In this document: positions 26,297 to 38,237 of the stretch, in pieces
How positions within the stretch are numbered: the stretch's first letter is position 1
How the letters are laid out: the number at the start of each line of letters is the position of its first letter
Origin: Felis catus
Taxonomy: Eukaryota
DNA length: 64,000 nt
Reading direction: 5' to 3'
NCBI RefSeq assembly: GCF_018350175.1
Contig: NC_058368.1
Span: 6,820,001 to 6,884,000 of the forward strand
Notes under the pieces: generated by a model
Seen by the model: only the letters and a program-made list of their open reading frames with translations
Database searches by the model: none
What the model was told of the DNA's origin: nothing
Made by a program: the position numbers and the translations under genes

Positions 26297-26510
26297 CATT
26301 TTCCTTCCGTAATCTTGTTATGAACTTCTTAGGAGGAATCACCCCAACCTTCTTCTTCTGAGTGGCTATGCTATGGAAGAGGTCTGCTAGGCAGGTAAGA
26401 AGGTTCTCCTTCTTCCTAGGTTGGCTCTTGTAAGCTAGAACTTTTTCCCGAAACGGACGACAAAAATAAAGTGCTTGAAGAACTGAATTACAGTAGCAGG
26501 TATTCCCAAA
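26297..26510 (-). CDS. USP12: USP12 coding exon (exon 3) with catalytic Cys box, [71 protein letters not shown]
   Basis: 214 nt, acceptor ttctag after a poly-T tract, donor gtaatt. In frame with the previous exon. Read manually because it is absent from the ORF track. Confidence 0.97.
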
Positions 26511-27039
26511 CTAGAATAGAAAAAAAAAAAAAAATCTTGTTAAATTTGGGGCAACATATTTTCAAGAGAAAGAATTTCCATGTGTACAATTAAGAAAACA
26601 GAGACAAGACAGGGAATTTATGACCCTCATAAATTAAAAGGTATCTGAGAGTAGAAATAATTATTCTGATTGCAAATTTGCCTTTTTAACATTAAATGGA
26701 TGCTCCAGGCATTGGTTGCAGGTTAAATGGAAGGAAAACAGATGCGATAAATTTGGCCTTTATGAAAACAAATTCAAAAAATTATATAGTTTAAACAAAG
26801 TAGTTAAGGTTTAGAATTCTGTGTAATTTTTTTTTTCAATTCCCACTATTATTATATGTTGGCTGGATACTAACCAACCATTTATATATGATACATTTTA
26901 AAACATAGCTCTCAAAAATTCTTTAAAAAAACACAAAAGTAAAGTTTTCTATCCGATTCTTAAGTGCCATTCAAGAAATAAAAACAAAAAGCAAAGTCAA
27001 ATGAGATCCTGTGAAATATTACATTAAAAACCATCAGCA

Positions 27040-27245
27040 GGGCACGTGGGTGGCTCAGTCAGTTAACATCTGACTCTCGATCTCGGCCTGGGTCGTGATC
27101 TCACGGGTTGGTGGGACTGAGCTCCGTGTCGGGCTCTGCGCTGACGGCACGGAGCCTGCTTAGGATTCTCTCTTTCTCCCTTTCTCTCTGCCCCTTCCCA
27201 GGTCACGCTCCCTCTCTCTCAAAATAAATACACTTAAAAAAAAAA
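27040..27245 (+). mobile_element. Can-SINE
   Basis: Consensus body; TSD aaaa(c/t)catcagc. Confidence 0.92.
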
Positions 27246-27619
27246 AAATCATCAGCGTGCCAGCACAACCACCACTGAAATGCTGAGATGCCGGGTCACA
27301 TCATTCTGGATATATTACAAATGAGCGTCAGGTGCAGAGTTAAATCCTCAACTTCTTACCGGCCATGTGATCTGGAATGTGTAACTACAGCTCACTGAAC
27401 TTCAACTTCCTACTCTTTAATAATGGGGAAAACACTCCTACCTGAAGAGAAACTGATACATAGTTTGACAAACATTTGTTGTCTCCCTTTTCCCTTCCCA
27501 TTAATAGACACTGGCTCCCAAAGTCAGCTGACAAAACACCCAAAACCCAGGGAGGACCTGGGGGGGGGGGTGGGGTACCTTGAGAATATAAAAAAGGAAA
27601 GAGGGCAATTCTCACAGCA

Positions 27620-28940
27620 CCATCATGCAGTGAAGTCACACGCATACTAACCTAAAAGGCTAGGCAGAGAAGACTTTTAATAATGAGCAAGGTCAAACTC
27701 ATGTCCTTTGCTTATGCTTAAAACCAGGAAGGATAAATTAAAAGCTAATAAAAATGGTTATTTATAAGGAAAGAAGGAAGAGTGGAGAGAATTCAAAGCA
27801 CATTTTTAAAAACGTCTGCTTTGCACCCATTTTTTTAAAAAATAAATTAAGAAGTACCCAGAGGAAAAAAAAAAAAAAGAAATTCCTAAAACTGAAAGGA
27901 AATAGAGATCAGTGAAAACTAAATGTTTATTAAGTTGGGGGAGAACTACACAAAAAATTACTTCAAGCAATTTTAAAACACAGAATTTTTATCATACATG
28001 CCTACGGAAAAAATCTAAGAAGAAAAAAAGGAATCTTAAATAGCATCCAGTAGTCGCATTGTTAGAATTAGTCTATTGACATTGTTATTCTGAAACCTCT
28101 ACAGGTTTCTGAAGGACAAAGCAAGCAAAGACTTACATTAATATCCTTAGGAACCAAAATTATTAATGCGAAGGAAAAAAGCTACAGTAATAAAGAGTAA
28201 AAGCCTTGTAAACTTAAATTGGAATGTGAAGTTATCAATTATAAACTCATGTCTTTCGGTGCGTGTGCGTGTGTTCAACTTCTGTCCACTTCAAGGCCTA
28301 GCAGCAGCAGCAAGTTTCCCTGGCCCACAGATTATAGTCTTTAAAAACCTTTTACCCAAAAAAATAAAAAAATAAAAAAATAAATTAAATTAAAAAAAAA
28401 AAAAAAAAAACCCTTTTACCTGCAAAAAGAAACCAGGATGCCTTGCAGATATGGCTATCTATACAAGGTCTGGGACAGGAAATACACAAATATAGATTAG
28501 CCTGGAATATCTTTTTGTGTGGATTCAAGAGCCAACTTTCATCAAAAAGAAATACTGCAAGTGACTACATAAAAATTTATGAAAAATGACATTTAAAAAA
28601 AAAGAGACCTCTCCGTGGGAAGTGGCAAACTAATACATCAAAGGAAAACATCAAAGTTTTCTCTTGTCTTTCTTGTAAGAACAACATTCCAGAAGGCTCT
28701 AAATAGCTGCTGAAAGAAATTCTAGCTTACAGAACAATCCCAGCTAATAAATTCCAAAGAAATGATTGCAAATAATGGACTGGGCAGTGATTATCAGGGG
28801 ATACTAAAAGCATTAAAGACTGATGGAGAACTTTAAAATGATCTGAACCCTCAGTGCATTCCAGCATCATTAAAAAAGAACCACAAAATTTCTATGTCTC
28901 CTGGAGAAATACATAGCAGCTCTTATGAGGTGTTCTTTTG
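27620..28940 (+). mobile_element. Ancient L1 3' region (L1MC-like), degenerate
   Basis: cattgttattctgaaac, taatatccttaggaaccaa, aaagaaaccagg..tgggacaggaaatacacaa..agcctggaatatc; same family as 8520-10630. Confidence 0.5.
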
Positions 28941-28960
28941 TTTTTTAAACAAAATCACTA

Positions 28961-29180
28961 GGGGCACCTGGGTGGCTCAGTCGGTCGGGCATCTGACTTC
29001 GGCTCAGGTCATGATCTCACAGCTTGTGAGTTTGAGCCCCGCGTCGGGCTCTGTGCCGACAGCTCGGAGCCCTGGAGCCTGCTTCGGATTCTGGGTCTCC
29101 CCCTCTCTCTCTGCCCCTCCCCCACTCATGCTCTGTTTCTCTCTCAAAAAAAATAAATAAACATTAAAAAAAATTTTTTA
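28961..29180 (+). mobile_element. Can-SINE
   Basis: Consensus head, body and tail; flanks aaaatcacta / aaaacacta. Confidence 0.94.
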
Positions 29181-30133
29181 AAAACACTAAATTTATATCT
29201 AGCATCTAGACCTATCAATTTACAGATATTCAAACAGAGAACCACAAAAAAGGAACAGAACGTGTGGCCCAATGAGGGTTTTACATTCACATTGTTGGTC
29301 AGAGCCAAGAAGTAGTTTCATAAAAACAGATGCTTAAGAGGCTTTCCAAAGAAATACTAAAAGAGGTAGATAACTGGGCGATGCACTGATACTACTGATA
29401 AATGTAACCATGGAAACTTTCATAAAGCCTATCCAGGGGCTAAGTACACCTGCAGCAGAACCTACAATATTAAGATTAATGTACCAATTACTCAGTATTC
29501 GTCAGTCTAAAGCAATACTAGGATTCATACCATGGTCTAATGACGCTAATGACCAACAAACTATACCTCTGTCAACGGAAGAGAAGATTCCATCTCCATA
29601 ATTTGGTCATTTTTATTCAAGAATAAGCAACAGAGACTCCAATGACTTCCACAGAGTAGGTAGGTTAAAAACAAAAGACAGCATCTCACAGTGTATTAGA
29701 AAAACGTACGATAGTAAAACTTGACTGACATAAAAAAGAAGCAAATGGCTTCCAAGCTTAGTAAAGAACCCAAGGGAATCTGTATTCTGTAGAGAATGCT
29801 GGAAGGCAGCCCCTTCCTTGCTCATCTCCTGAATGTAAAGCAATACGTAACTTTATAGTCAGTTATTTGATGTCTTCTCTTATGGTTTTGCACTTATCTT
29901 CATCAACTCCAGGAAGGAAAAATGAAAGTGTGAAACTACTACTATTTCTCTAGAATAAACAATCACTTTCAATCTTATTCATAACTCTGAAACTTTTCTT
30001 TCAATTTCCTTGATAGCAGCTTTCATTCAAGTTCCTAAGACCTAAAAATGTATCTTTCAAGTGCATAGTTTTCATGCAAAAGATGGTCTGGGATGATTTC
30101 TTCCACACTCCTGTTTCTGAATGTTCAATTTCT

Positions 30134-30211
30134 TTTTAAAAATTTTAAAAAACATTTTTTTAATGTTTATTTTTGAGAGAGAGAAAGAGACAGAGCATGA
30201 GCGGGGGGAAG

Positions 30212-30249
<38 letters not shown>

Positions 30250-30904
30250 AGGGGGGGGGAGAGGGGGGGAGAGGGGGGGAGAGGGGGGGAGAGGGGGGGA
30301 GAGGGGAGGGGGGGGGAGAGGGGAGAGGGGAGAGGGGAGAGGGGAGAGGGGAGAGGGGAGAGGGGAGAGGGGAGAGGGGAGAGGGGAGAGGGGAGAGGGG
30401 AGAGGGGAGAGGGGAGAGGGGAGAGGGGAGAGGGGAGAGAGGGGAGAGGGGAGAGGGGAGAGGGGAGAGGGGAGAGGGGAGAGGGGAGAGGGGAGAGGGG
30501 AGAGGGGAGAGGGGAGAGGGGAGAGGGGAGAGGGGAGAGGGGAGAGGGGAGAGGGGAGAGGGGAGAGGGGAGAGGGGAGAGGGGAGAGGGGAGAGGGGAG
30601 AGGGGAGAGGGGAGAGGGGAGAGGGGAGAGGGGAGAGGGGAGAGGGGAGAGGGGAGAGGGGAGAGGGGAGAGGGGAGAGAGGAGAGAGGAGAGAGGAGAG
30701 AGGAGAGAGGAGAGAGGAGAGAGGAGAGAGGAGAGAGGAGAGAGGAGAGAGGAGAAGAGAGAGAAGGAAACACGCAATCCGAAGCAGGCTCCAGACTCCG
30801 AGCTGTCAGCACAGAGCCTGACACGGGGCTCGAACCATGAACCGTGAGATCATGAGCTGAGCCAAAGTTGGACGCTTAACCAACTGAGCCACCCAGGTGC
30901 CCCC
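30134..30904 (-). mobile_element. Can-SINE with a hugely expanded CT/GA tract
   Basis: SINE tail at 30134-30214 and head at 30771-30904, with a perfect 15-bp TSD gaatgttcaatttct (30119-30133 and 30905-30919). Confidence 0.95.
30215..30770 (+). repeat. 556-nt homopurine array, mainly (GAGAGGG)n and then (GAGAGGA)n
   Basis: No C or T seen on the + strand across the interval; 7-bp periodicity. Confidence 0.95.
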
Positions 30905-31356
30905 GAATGTTCAATTTCTAAATAAGACATTGCTATAGGGTTGACACCTACCCTATCTTCTCAGCTTATTTTGAAGATCAAAGGTATAATCCAGCTTAAA
31001 ATCAGGGAAACAAATTTTAAAAGCTGCCACCTCCTCAAGGTCTGATCACTGATTTTTCAATTGCTCATTGAACACAATGACCTATGCTTGCCTTCCCTAA
31101 GGCCTTTTTCTCCTAGTTTTAAAATCAATGCCCCCTCCACAAATATTTATCATATCTCCATCATTAAGATCATTTTGAGCACACATCCCTAATAAACACA
31201 AATAAAAATTATATATGTGTTACATTCTACACATTAAAATTACTTTTATAAAATATAAAATTTATATACATAAAAACATACATCATATACAGTTGGCCTC
31301 TGAACAATGAGGAAGTTAGGGGCGCTGATCCCTCACACGGTCAAAATCTGTGTGTA

Positions 31357-31629
31357 GGGGCACCTGGGTGGCTCAGTAGGTTAAGTGTCTGACTCTTGAT
31401 TTCAGCTCAGGTCATAATCTCACGGTTCATGAGATCAAGCCCCACATCGAGCTCTGCGCTGACAGCGCAGGACCTGCTTGGAATTCATTCATTCATTCAT
31501 TCATTCATTCATTCATTCATTCATTCATATTCATTCTCTCTCTCTCTCTCCCCGCCCCCCTCCCTTTCTCTCTGCCCCTCCCCTGCTTATATGCACTCTC
31601 AAAATAAAAAAATAAACATTAAAAAAAAA
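31357..31629 (+). mobile_element. Can-SINE with internal (TTCA)n
   Basis: Consensus head; (attc)n at about 31483-31534. Confidence 0.92.
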
Positions 31630-31637
31630 TCTGAGTT

Positions 31638-31811
31638 GGTGTGCCTGGGTGGCTCAGTGGGTTAAGTGTCCAACTTCAGCTCAGGTCATGATCTCACGGT
31701 TCGTGGTTTGAGCCCCGCATCAGGCTCTGTGCTGACAGCTCAGAGCCTGGAGCCTGCTTCAGATTCTGTGTCTCCTTCTCTCTGCTCCTCCCCTGCTCGT
31801 GCTCTCTCTCA

Positions 31812-31842
<31 letters not shown>

Positions 31843-31872
31843 CAAACAAAAACAAACAAACAAAAACATTAA
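31638..31872 (+). mobile_element. Can-SINE with (AAAAC)n tail
   Basis: Consensus head and body. Confidence 0.93.
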
Positions 31873-31881
31873 AATTTTACA

Positions 31882-32090
31882 GGGCACCTGGGTGGCTCAG
31901 TCAGCTAAGCGTCCGACCTTGGCTCAGGTCATGATCTCGCGGTTCGTGAGTTCAAGCCCCACATCGGGCTCTGTGCTGACGGCTCAGAGCCTGGAGCCTG
32001 CTTCGGATTCTGTGTCTCCCTCTCTCTCTCTGCTCCTCCCCCACGCATACTCCCTCTCTCAAAAATAAACATTAAAAGAATTTTTTTTAC
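31882..32090 (+). mobile_element. Can-SINE
   Basis: Consensus head and body. Confidence 0.93.
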
Positions 32091-32627
32091 AAAAATATCT
32101 GAGGGCAACTTTTGACTCTGCAAAAACTTAGACTACTGTTGACTGGAAGCCTTACCAGTAACAATCAATTGACACATATTTTATATGTCGTATGTACTAT
32201 GTACTGTATTCTTTTACAACAAAGCTAGAGAAAAGAAAATGCTATTAAGGTCATAAAGTAGAGAAGAGACATTTACAGTACTGTGTTAAAAAAAAAAAAA
32301 AAAATCCATGTATAGAGGGACCAGGGCAGCTCAAACCCATGTTGTTCAAAGGTCGACTGTATAACAAATGTGACTAAGGCCAAGTAGATATTTTAAATTT
32401 TTGTCTGACTTACATTAATTTTGTTTTCACTAAAGATTATCAATGCTTCAGTGAGAGCAATAAAATTGAGTACGCCTTCTGGTAAGCTGTGGCTTATACA
32501 GTGATTGACAGACTGGGTTTATGCTCAGTATATCCTATGAGCTATCAAAGACTCAGACACACACAGAGAGGTGCAAATGGGAAGTTCTTTTATGGCCTTA
32601 CTTTACTTTCTAAAATAGGATATTAAC

Positions 32628-32839
32628 TTTTTTTTTTAAACGTTTATTTATTTTTGAGACAGAGAGAGACAGAGCATGAACGGGGGAGGGTCAGAGAGAA
32701 GGAGACACAGAATCGGAAACAGGCTCCAGGCTCTGAGCCATCAGCACAGAGCCCTATGCAGGGCTTGAACTCACGGACCGCGAGATCCTGACCTGAGCCG
32801 AAGTCAGCCGCCTAAACGACTGAGCCACCCAGGCACCCC
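32628..32839 (-). mobile_element. Can-SINE
   Basis: Reverse consensus; TSD gatattaacttt. Confidence 0.95.
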
Positions 32840-32904
32840 TGATATTAACTTTTCAATCCTACCACGTCTGTTGGAACTCACTGAGCGATCACCTGCCTTG
32901 CCAG

Positions 32905-33110
32905 CAGCATGGCATGGTGAGGAAGTCACAAGCCCTGAAACTGAACTGCCTTGGGCTCAAGCTGGGTTCCGCTACCTGACTGCGGGAAACCACTGAGCCA
33001 CGCCGTTCATCCGTTTCCTCATCTGTGAGTGTGGTTTACAATACAGCCCACACCTCGTAAAACCTTGTAAAGAATTAAATTAGCAACCTGCATGGAGCAC
33101 TTCCCCAGCA
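32905..33110 (+). mobile_element. MIR remnant
   Basis: gcagcatggcatggtgaggaag...ctgccttgggctcaa...gtttcctcatctgtga...ttgtaaagaattaaat. Confidence 0.65.
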
Positions 33111-33322
33111 CTCCGTCACCGCACTGTTATTTCTGAACAATCTTTTTAAGTCATGTGGCCATTTTGAAAACCTAGGTTAACCGAATGAAATTAAATCGTG
33201 TAATCTCTTGATCTCTGTTCAAATTATAATAGATTGCAACCGCACAAATGAATAAGAGACAATGATACCATCGACTCGCTGGTGTCGAACTTGAGTGTCA
33301 CAGGACCACTGCACACACGGAT

Positions 33323-33450
33323 AGAGCCTGGAGCCTGCTTCAGATCCTGTGTCTCCCTCTCTCTCACTCTCTCTCTCTCTGCCCCTCTCCTGCTCACATT
33401 CTGTCTCTGTCTCTCAAAAAAGAATAAACGTTAAAAAAAATTTTTTTTAA
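33323..33450 (+). mobile_element. 5'-truncated Can-SINE
   Basis: Starts at agagcctggagcctgcttcagat; tail aataaacgttaaaaaa. Confidence 0.9.
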
Positions 33451-33580
33451 CGTTTCAAGATGTTTATTAAATGCTCCACTGTCCCATGCTGGAGGCTGGT
33501 GATGATGATGCCTATCCTGTGCACGTCCCCTTCTAAAGGAAGGTCCTCTTGCCCAGCACAGTTCAGAGTGGCCCTGTTTT

Positions 33581-33768
33581 GTTCATTTGTTGTAATTTAT
33601 TTACTTGTTTGAGACAGTGTGAGCGGGGAGGGGCAGAGAGACAGAATCCCAAGCAGGCTCCGCACTGTTAGCACGGAGCCTGATGGGGGGCTGAAACCCA
33701 CCGACAGCGAGATCACGACCTGAGCTGAAACCAAGAGTTGGACGCTTAACCAACGGAGCCAGGTGCCC
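33581..33768 (-). mobile_element. Can-SINE
   Basis: Reverse consensus; TSD gtggccctgtttt. Confidence 0.92.
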
Positions 33769-35004
33769 TAGGTGGCCCTGTTTTTTAACACTATACCCCA
33801 CATTTCCCTATCCACCACTCTCACTACAGTCAAGTAAACCTAATCTAAAAATGTCCTTCCATATGCTAGTGGACATCCATTCCTTACCCTACACTACCTC
33901 ACTCTACTGTCCCACCCTTCCTTATAGGAACAGACGTCTCTACATAAATGCCATAGGGTTGTCAATCACAAACCTTTTTATAGACCCTGCCAACAGGGCC
34001 ATCCACTTGACCCAATCTCAGCAGAATACTTGGGCCAGAGTTCTTTTGTCAGGTCTAATATGAACATTCTCTGGGATCTCTGATAATGCAACCCTCAAGC
34101 AGCCTATGGCCAGCAGGTGGAGAGAAACTAAAGGAGAATAAATCAATGCAAAAGCAAATAGAACCAAGAGACATTTGCCTAATCAATTTTATGACTTACA
34201 AATGGAAAGAAAGTTTCATTTTTATTTGCGTCCTTCACAACGCCCCGGAATCCAGAATTCCGGCCAATGACTACGGGCAATTCAGGCTTAAAAGCCTCTT
34301 GTAAGATGGTCTAGGAACACAGTTGTTATTTTATAACAAAGATTTTAGGGAAAAGCACATTCCACTGCAGCCTCACAAATCGATTTAATGAGGCCACCTG
34401 TCTCTTGGCAGTTATTAGAAATTAATATAGAACCATATAATAAAATAATGAAAAAAAGACTCTTAAAAATGTAGGCTGCACAAGTAGGAAAGAGATACTA
34501 ACTGAAATCACTCCATTTACTAAAATAAGTACTCATTAGCGACAAGATACAAGGGAAAAAGGCAATCCGGTTCATGAGATTAAAACCATTTGTTTTCAAA
34601 GAATTTAGCTGGCCCTATAAACAGCTGACATTTAAGCAGGATATTTTACAACAAGAGAAAGCTTCCAAAAGGCTCCCTTGTCTACACAAGACCATCTCTC
34701 AACCCTCACACCACACTAGTATTTCTCCTCTCAGACTTCCAATAACATCAGAAATACGAACGCATTCACAAGAGTTAAACCAACAGGAAATCCCCACACT
34801 ATGTATTATGCAAATTATAGTGGCAGACATCAGAATTATGAAGAGTAAACTGCCATAAAAGTCATCATTTGTGAAAACAGTCTTCCAAGATAAAAAGATC
34901 TGCAACCACAAATAATGGAAAATACGTTGTCATTAACAATGTTGGGATCAACCACCACACTGAATTTTCTGTTAATCCAACTGTGGTTATTTTTCTTCTC
35001 CATT

Positions 35005-35033
<29 letters not shown>

Positions 35034-35035
<2 letters not shown>

Positions 35036-35142
35036 GGGAGCCTGGGTGGCTTTGTTGGTTAAGTGTCTGACTTTGGATCTCAGCCCAGGTTTTGACCGTC
35101 TTAGAGCTCAGGCCCCGTGCTGGGCTCCACACTGGGCCTGGA
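35034..35142 (+). mobile_element. 3'-truncated Can-SINE head
   Basis: gggggagcctgggtggctttgttggttaagtgtctgact..tcagcccagg; the CT body is missing. Confidence 0.8.
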
Positions 35143-35328
35143 GACTACGTTTCCCAAAAAAAAGCCCGATTTTCTACCTGTCCAAATACACGTACTATTT
35201 CCCAAAGGCAAGTGCTAGTGAGTAAGTATGCCGCTTGCCAATCACAAAAAGGATCCAATCAGGCAGGTCTAACAGGAACTCTTCTCAGTGTAAGCCTTTT
35301 CTTAAAAGCTATTACAATGAACCACGGA

Positions 35329-35545
35329 GGGGCACCTGGGTGGCTCAATCCGTTAAGCATCCAACTCATGGTTTTGGATCAGGTCATGCATGATCTCATG
35401 GTTAGTGAGACTGAGCCCCACACCGGGCTCTGCACTATCAGAAATTGGGATTCTTTCTCTCCCCCTCTCTCTGCCCCTCCCCTCCCCTCCCCGCGTGCGC
35501 GCGCGCGTGTGTCTCTCTCTCTCTCAAAAGAAACATTTTTTAAAA
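35329..35545 (+). mobile_element. Can-SINE
   Basis: Consensus; TSD aatgaacc. Confidence 0.9.
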
Positions 35546-35653
35546 AATGAACCTTGGAAACTCACACTTAGCTAAGAACAGATTAATAAAAAGAAAATAC
35601 ATGTGTGTCTCATTTTAACAAAATCCAACTGTTAGAAAAGATAAACCACAGAA

Positions 35654-35851
35654 TTTTTTTTTTTTTTAAACGTTTATTTTTGAGAGAGAGAGTGAGCACA
35701 AGCAGGGGAGAGGGAGACACAGAATCCAAAGCAGGATCCGGGCTCTGAGCTGTCAGCACAGAGCCCGATGCGGGACTCCGACTCACAAGCTGTGAGATCA
35801 TGACCTGAGCCGAAGTTGGACGCTTAACCGAATGAGCCACCCAGGCGCCCC
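35654..35851 (-). mobile_element. Can-SINE
   Basis: Reverse consensus; TSD cacagaattt. Confidence 0.94.
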
Positions 35852-36140
35852 ACAGAATTTCCTAAACCACAGAATTTCTTAAAGCAGCTACATTCCAGTG
35901 TTGTTTTCAATAGGAACTACCTGGCAGACAGAGATGGGGGGCGGAGGGGTTAAAATGTTGATCTCTGAATTAACTAAGCTACCCTCCCTTATCCCCCAAA
36001 GCTCCACCCTTATTTTTTAGGAACTCCTATAAATAGTGTGACAACTCCATAAATTAAAAAAAAAGAAGAAAAAAGAAAAAAAGGAGGAGGGGGGAAGGGG
36101 GAAAGAAACAAGAGTGATATTTTAAGAGCTTAAAAATACA

Positions 36141-36297
36141 GGGGTGCCTGGGTGGCTCAGTTGGTTAAGCATCCAACCCCACGTCCAGTCTGTGGAGCCT
36201 GCTTTGGATTCTTGTCTGTCTGTCTGTCTCTCTCTCTCTCTGCCCCCTGCTCATCCGCTCATGCCCCCCCCCTCAAAAATAAACATTATTTTTTTAA
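36141..36297 (+). mobile_element. Internally deleted Can-SINE
   Basis: The head joins directly to ccccacgtc..ggagcctgctt and lacks the ctcaggtcatgatc segment. Confidence 0.85.
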
Positions 36298-37402
36298 AAA
36301 TAGGACTTCTAGAAAAAGGTTAAGACTACAGAACACAGTTGCGAGGGAGCCTGAAAGTTTAAACCATGGAAAAAGTTAATCAATATACTGGTTCTGCTGC
36401 ATGTACTCTGACCATCGATTACTTTCTCAATATAATTCAAGGTGTTCATCAATCTTTCAAGGTTGGAGCCCTGGCTACCTTAGGGGAGCTCAATTCTTTG
36501 GTGTACTAACTAGGCACAGAGATCAGAAACTATATTTCCACCCATCAGAAGAGTCTCTGGAGGGGATAAGGACAAAGATTCCCCTAAAATGCTCGTACTA
36601 ACTTTACTCCCTCCTGCTTCTCTTGGGTTTTACTGAATCTCGGTTAGTCAGCTTCAGGGAAAAGCACCAATACTACCCTCTTAATTTAGATTAATTTAAT
36701 CTTGATCCACGGGGAGTAATAAAAATAAAACCTTCTAAGAAATCTTTCTTTTTTTCCTTCAACACAATTGACCCTGGTATTCTGAGAGGTATGTTCAAGT
36801 AAAAACAACATTAACAGCAAGGGGAAAACAGGCCTGTAGAACTCATTCTATAATAAGATTTTATCTAGGATACTGTTTTCCTTGTTGTGAGGCTATCTGC
36901 AAAAAAGGTTACAGTCAGACACAAAATGGAGAGATTGAAATATTTATACTGGAGGAGGTTAAAAGTGAGACAGCCTTCAATATATAAAATACTCCTGTGC
37001 TAAAGAAAATGGGTTCTTCTGAGACACTATCGATGAATACACCTTTACTACAATTCAAGACACATATTAGCTTAAGTGTGAACCAAATAAGGGTGGCAGC
37101 CACAGGGAAGTAATAATGAGAGAGAAGAAACTGGGGTTTGCCCATTCCCAGAAGTTAAATGAGGTTTTTGATCACTAGATAACTCTGTACGCAAGCACAA
37201 ACACCTTAGATATCGGAAGTAAAGGCCAGACTTTCTTGTTAAACAAGGGAAATTACATACATTCAAATAAATTCAATTAACTTCCCCCCACCCCTGACAA
37301 AACTCCAATGAAATGACAGTAAAAGAATAAATTAGGAAAAAATAAAGGGGGGGAAAAAAAGGAGGGTGAGGGTGGGAAAACACAGGTCCGGTTATAAGCC
37401 TT

Positions 37403-37613
37403 TTATTATTATTATTATTTTAATGCTTATTTCTTGTTTGCTTTGGGAGACAGCGAGCGTGCACAAGCGATCAGGGGAGGGGCAGGGAGAGGGAGACAGA
37501 GAATCCGGAGCAGGCTCCCTGCTCAGAGCCTGACATGGGGGCTCGATCCCACAAACTGAGATCATGGCCTGAGCTAAAACCAAGAGTCAGATGCTTATCC
37601 ACCCCGGCGCCCC
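37403..37613 (-). mobile_element. Can-SINE, diverged
   Basis: Reverse consensus ending ccccggcgcccc. Confidence 0.88.
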
Positions 37614-38018
37614 TGGTTGTTAAGTCTTTTAAAAGGACCGTTCAGACCCCTAGGCACTTCGCCTTCCTTTCAATTGTAGGTTTTAGTCCCCACAGAAGCT
37701 GAACAGGAGAGTCTGGTTCAAGAGCCCTTAAGGACAGCAGAGGACCGCATGAGGCACCAGAGGACAGGATTCAAGAAGACCCTGAACGAAGCCAGCCCTA
37801 GACACAGACTGAAGAAGTCCCTCAGCACCAGGTAAACAGCCCCAGAGAAAAGGCTCTAGCCACTGAAATGGGGGTGGGGGGCAGTCACCTTGGAGAGAAG
37901 CCCTTGGTAGACCAGCTCCACCCTAATACACAGAGCCCCAATCAGCTTCTCAGAATTTCATCTTTATGCAGGAATGAAATTTAAGGAGAGCTTCCATTAG
38001 AAAAGAGAGTTTAAAATG

Positions 38019-38237
38019 GGGGCACCTGGGTGGCGCAGTCGGTTAAGCGTCCGACTTCAGCCAGGTCACGATCTCGCGGTCCGTGAGTTCGAGCCCCACG
38101 TCAGGCTCTGGGCTGATGGCTCAGAGCCTGGAGCCTGTTTCTGATTCTGTGTCTCCCTCTCTCTCTGCCCCTCCCCCATTCATGCTCTGTCTCTCTCTGT
38201 CCCAAAAATAAATAAACGTTGAAAAAAAAATTTTTTT
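38019..38237 (+). mobile_element. Can-SINE, young SINEC_Fc-type
   Basis: Diagnostic ggcgcagtcggttaagcgtccgacttcagccaggtcacg and gtcccaaaaataaataaacgttga. Confidence 0.96.

Larger units (their letters stand above)
31290..32359 (+). mobile_element. Tigger2a-like element split by three SINEs
   Basis: ta|cagttggcctctgaacaa at the left and ttgttcaaaggtcgactg|ta at the right (TIRs plus TA duplication); internal sequence matches the 16495-16835 copy. Confidence 0.88.

Noticed and set aside
30072..30847. Four long overlapping ORFs (205-250 aa)
   Set aside because: Artefacts of a stop-free purine repeat inside a SINE.
33250..33322. Possible Tigger2 terminal remnant fused to the truncated SINE
   Set aside because: Similarity (aggaccactgcacacacggat) is too short and degenerate to support a call.
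34560..35030. Possible processed pseudogene ending in the A run at 35005-35029
   Set aside because: No recognisable protein similarity in any frame and no TSD found.
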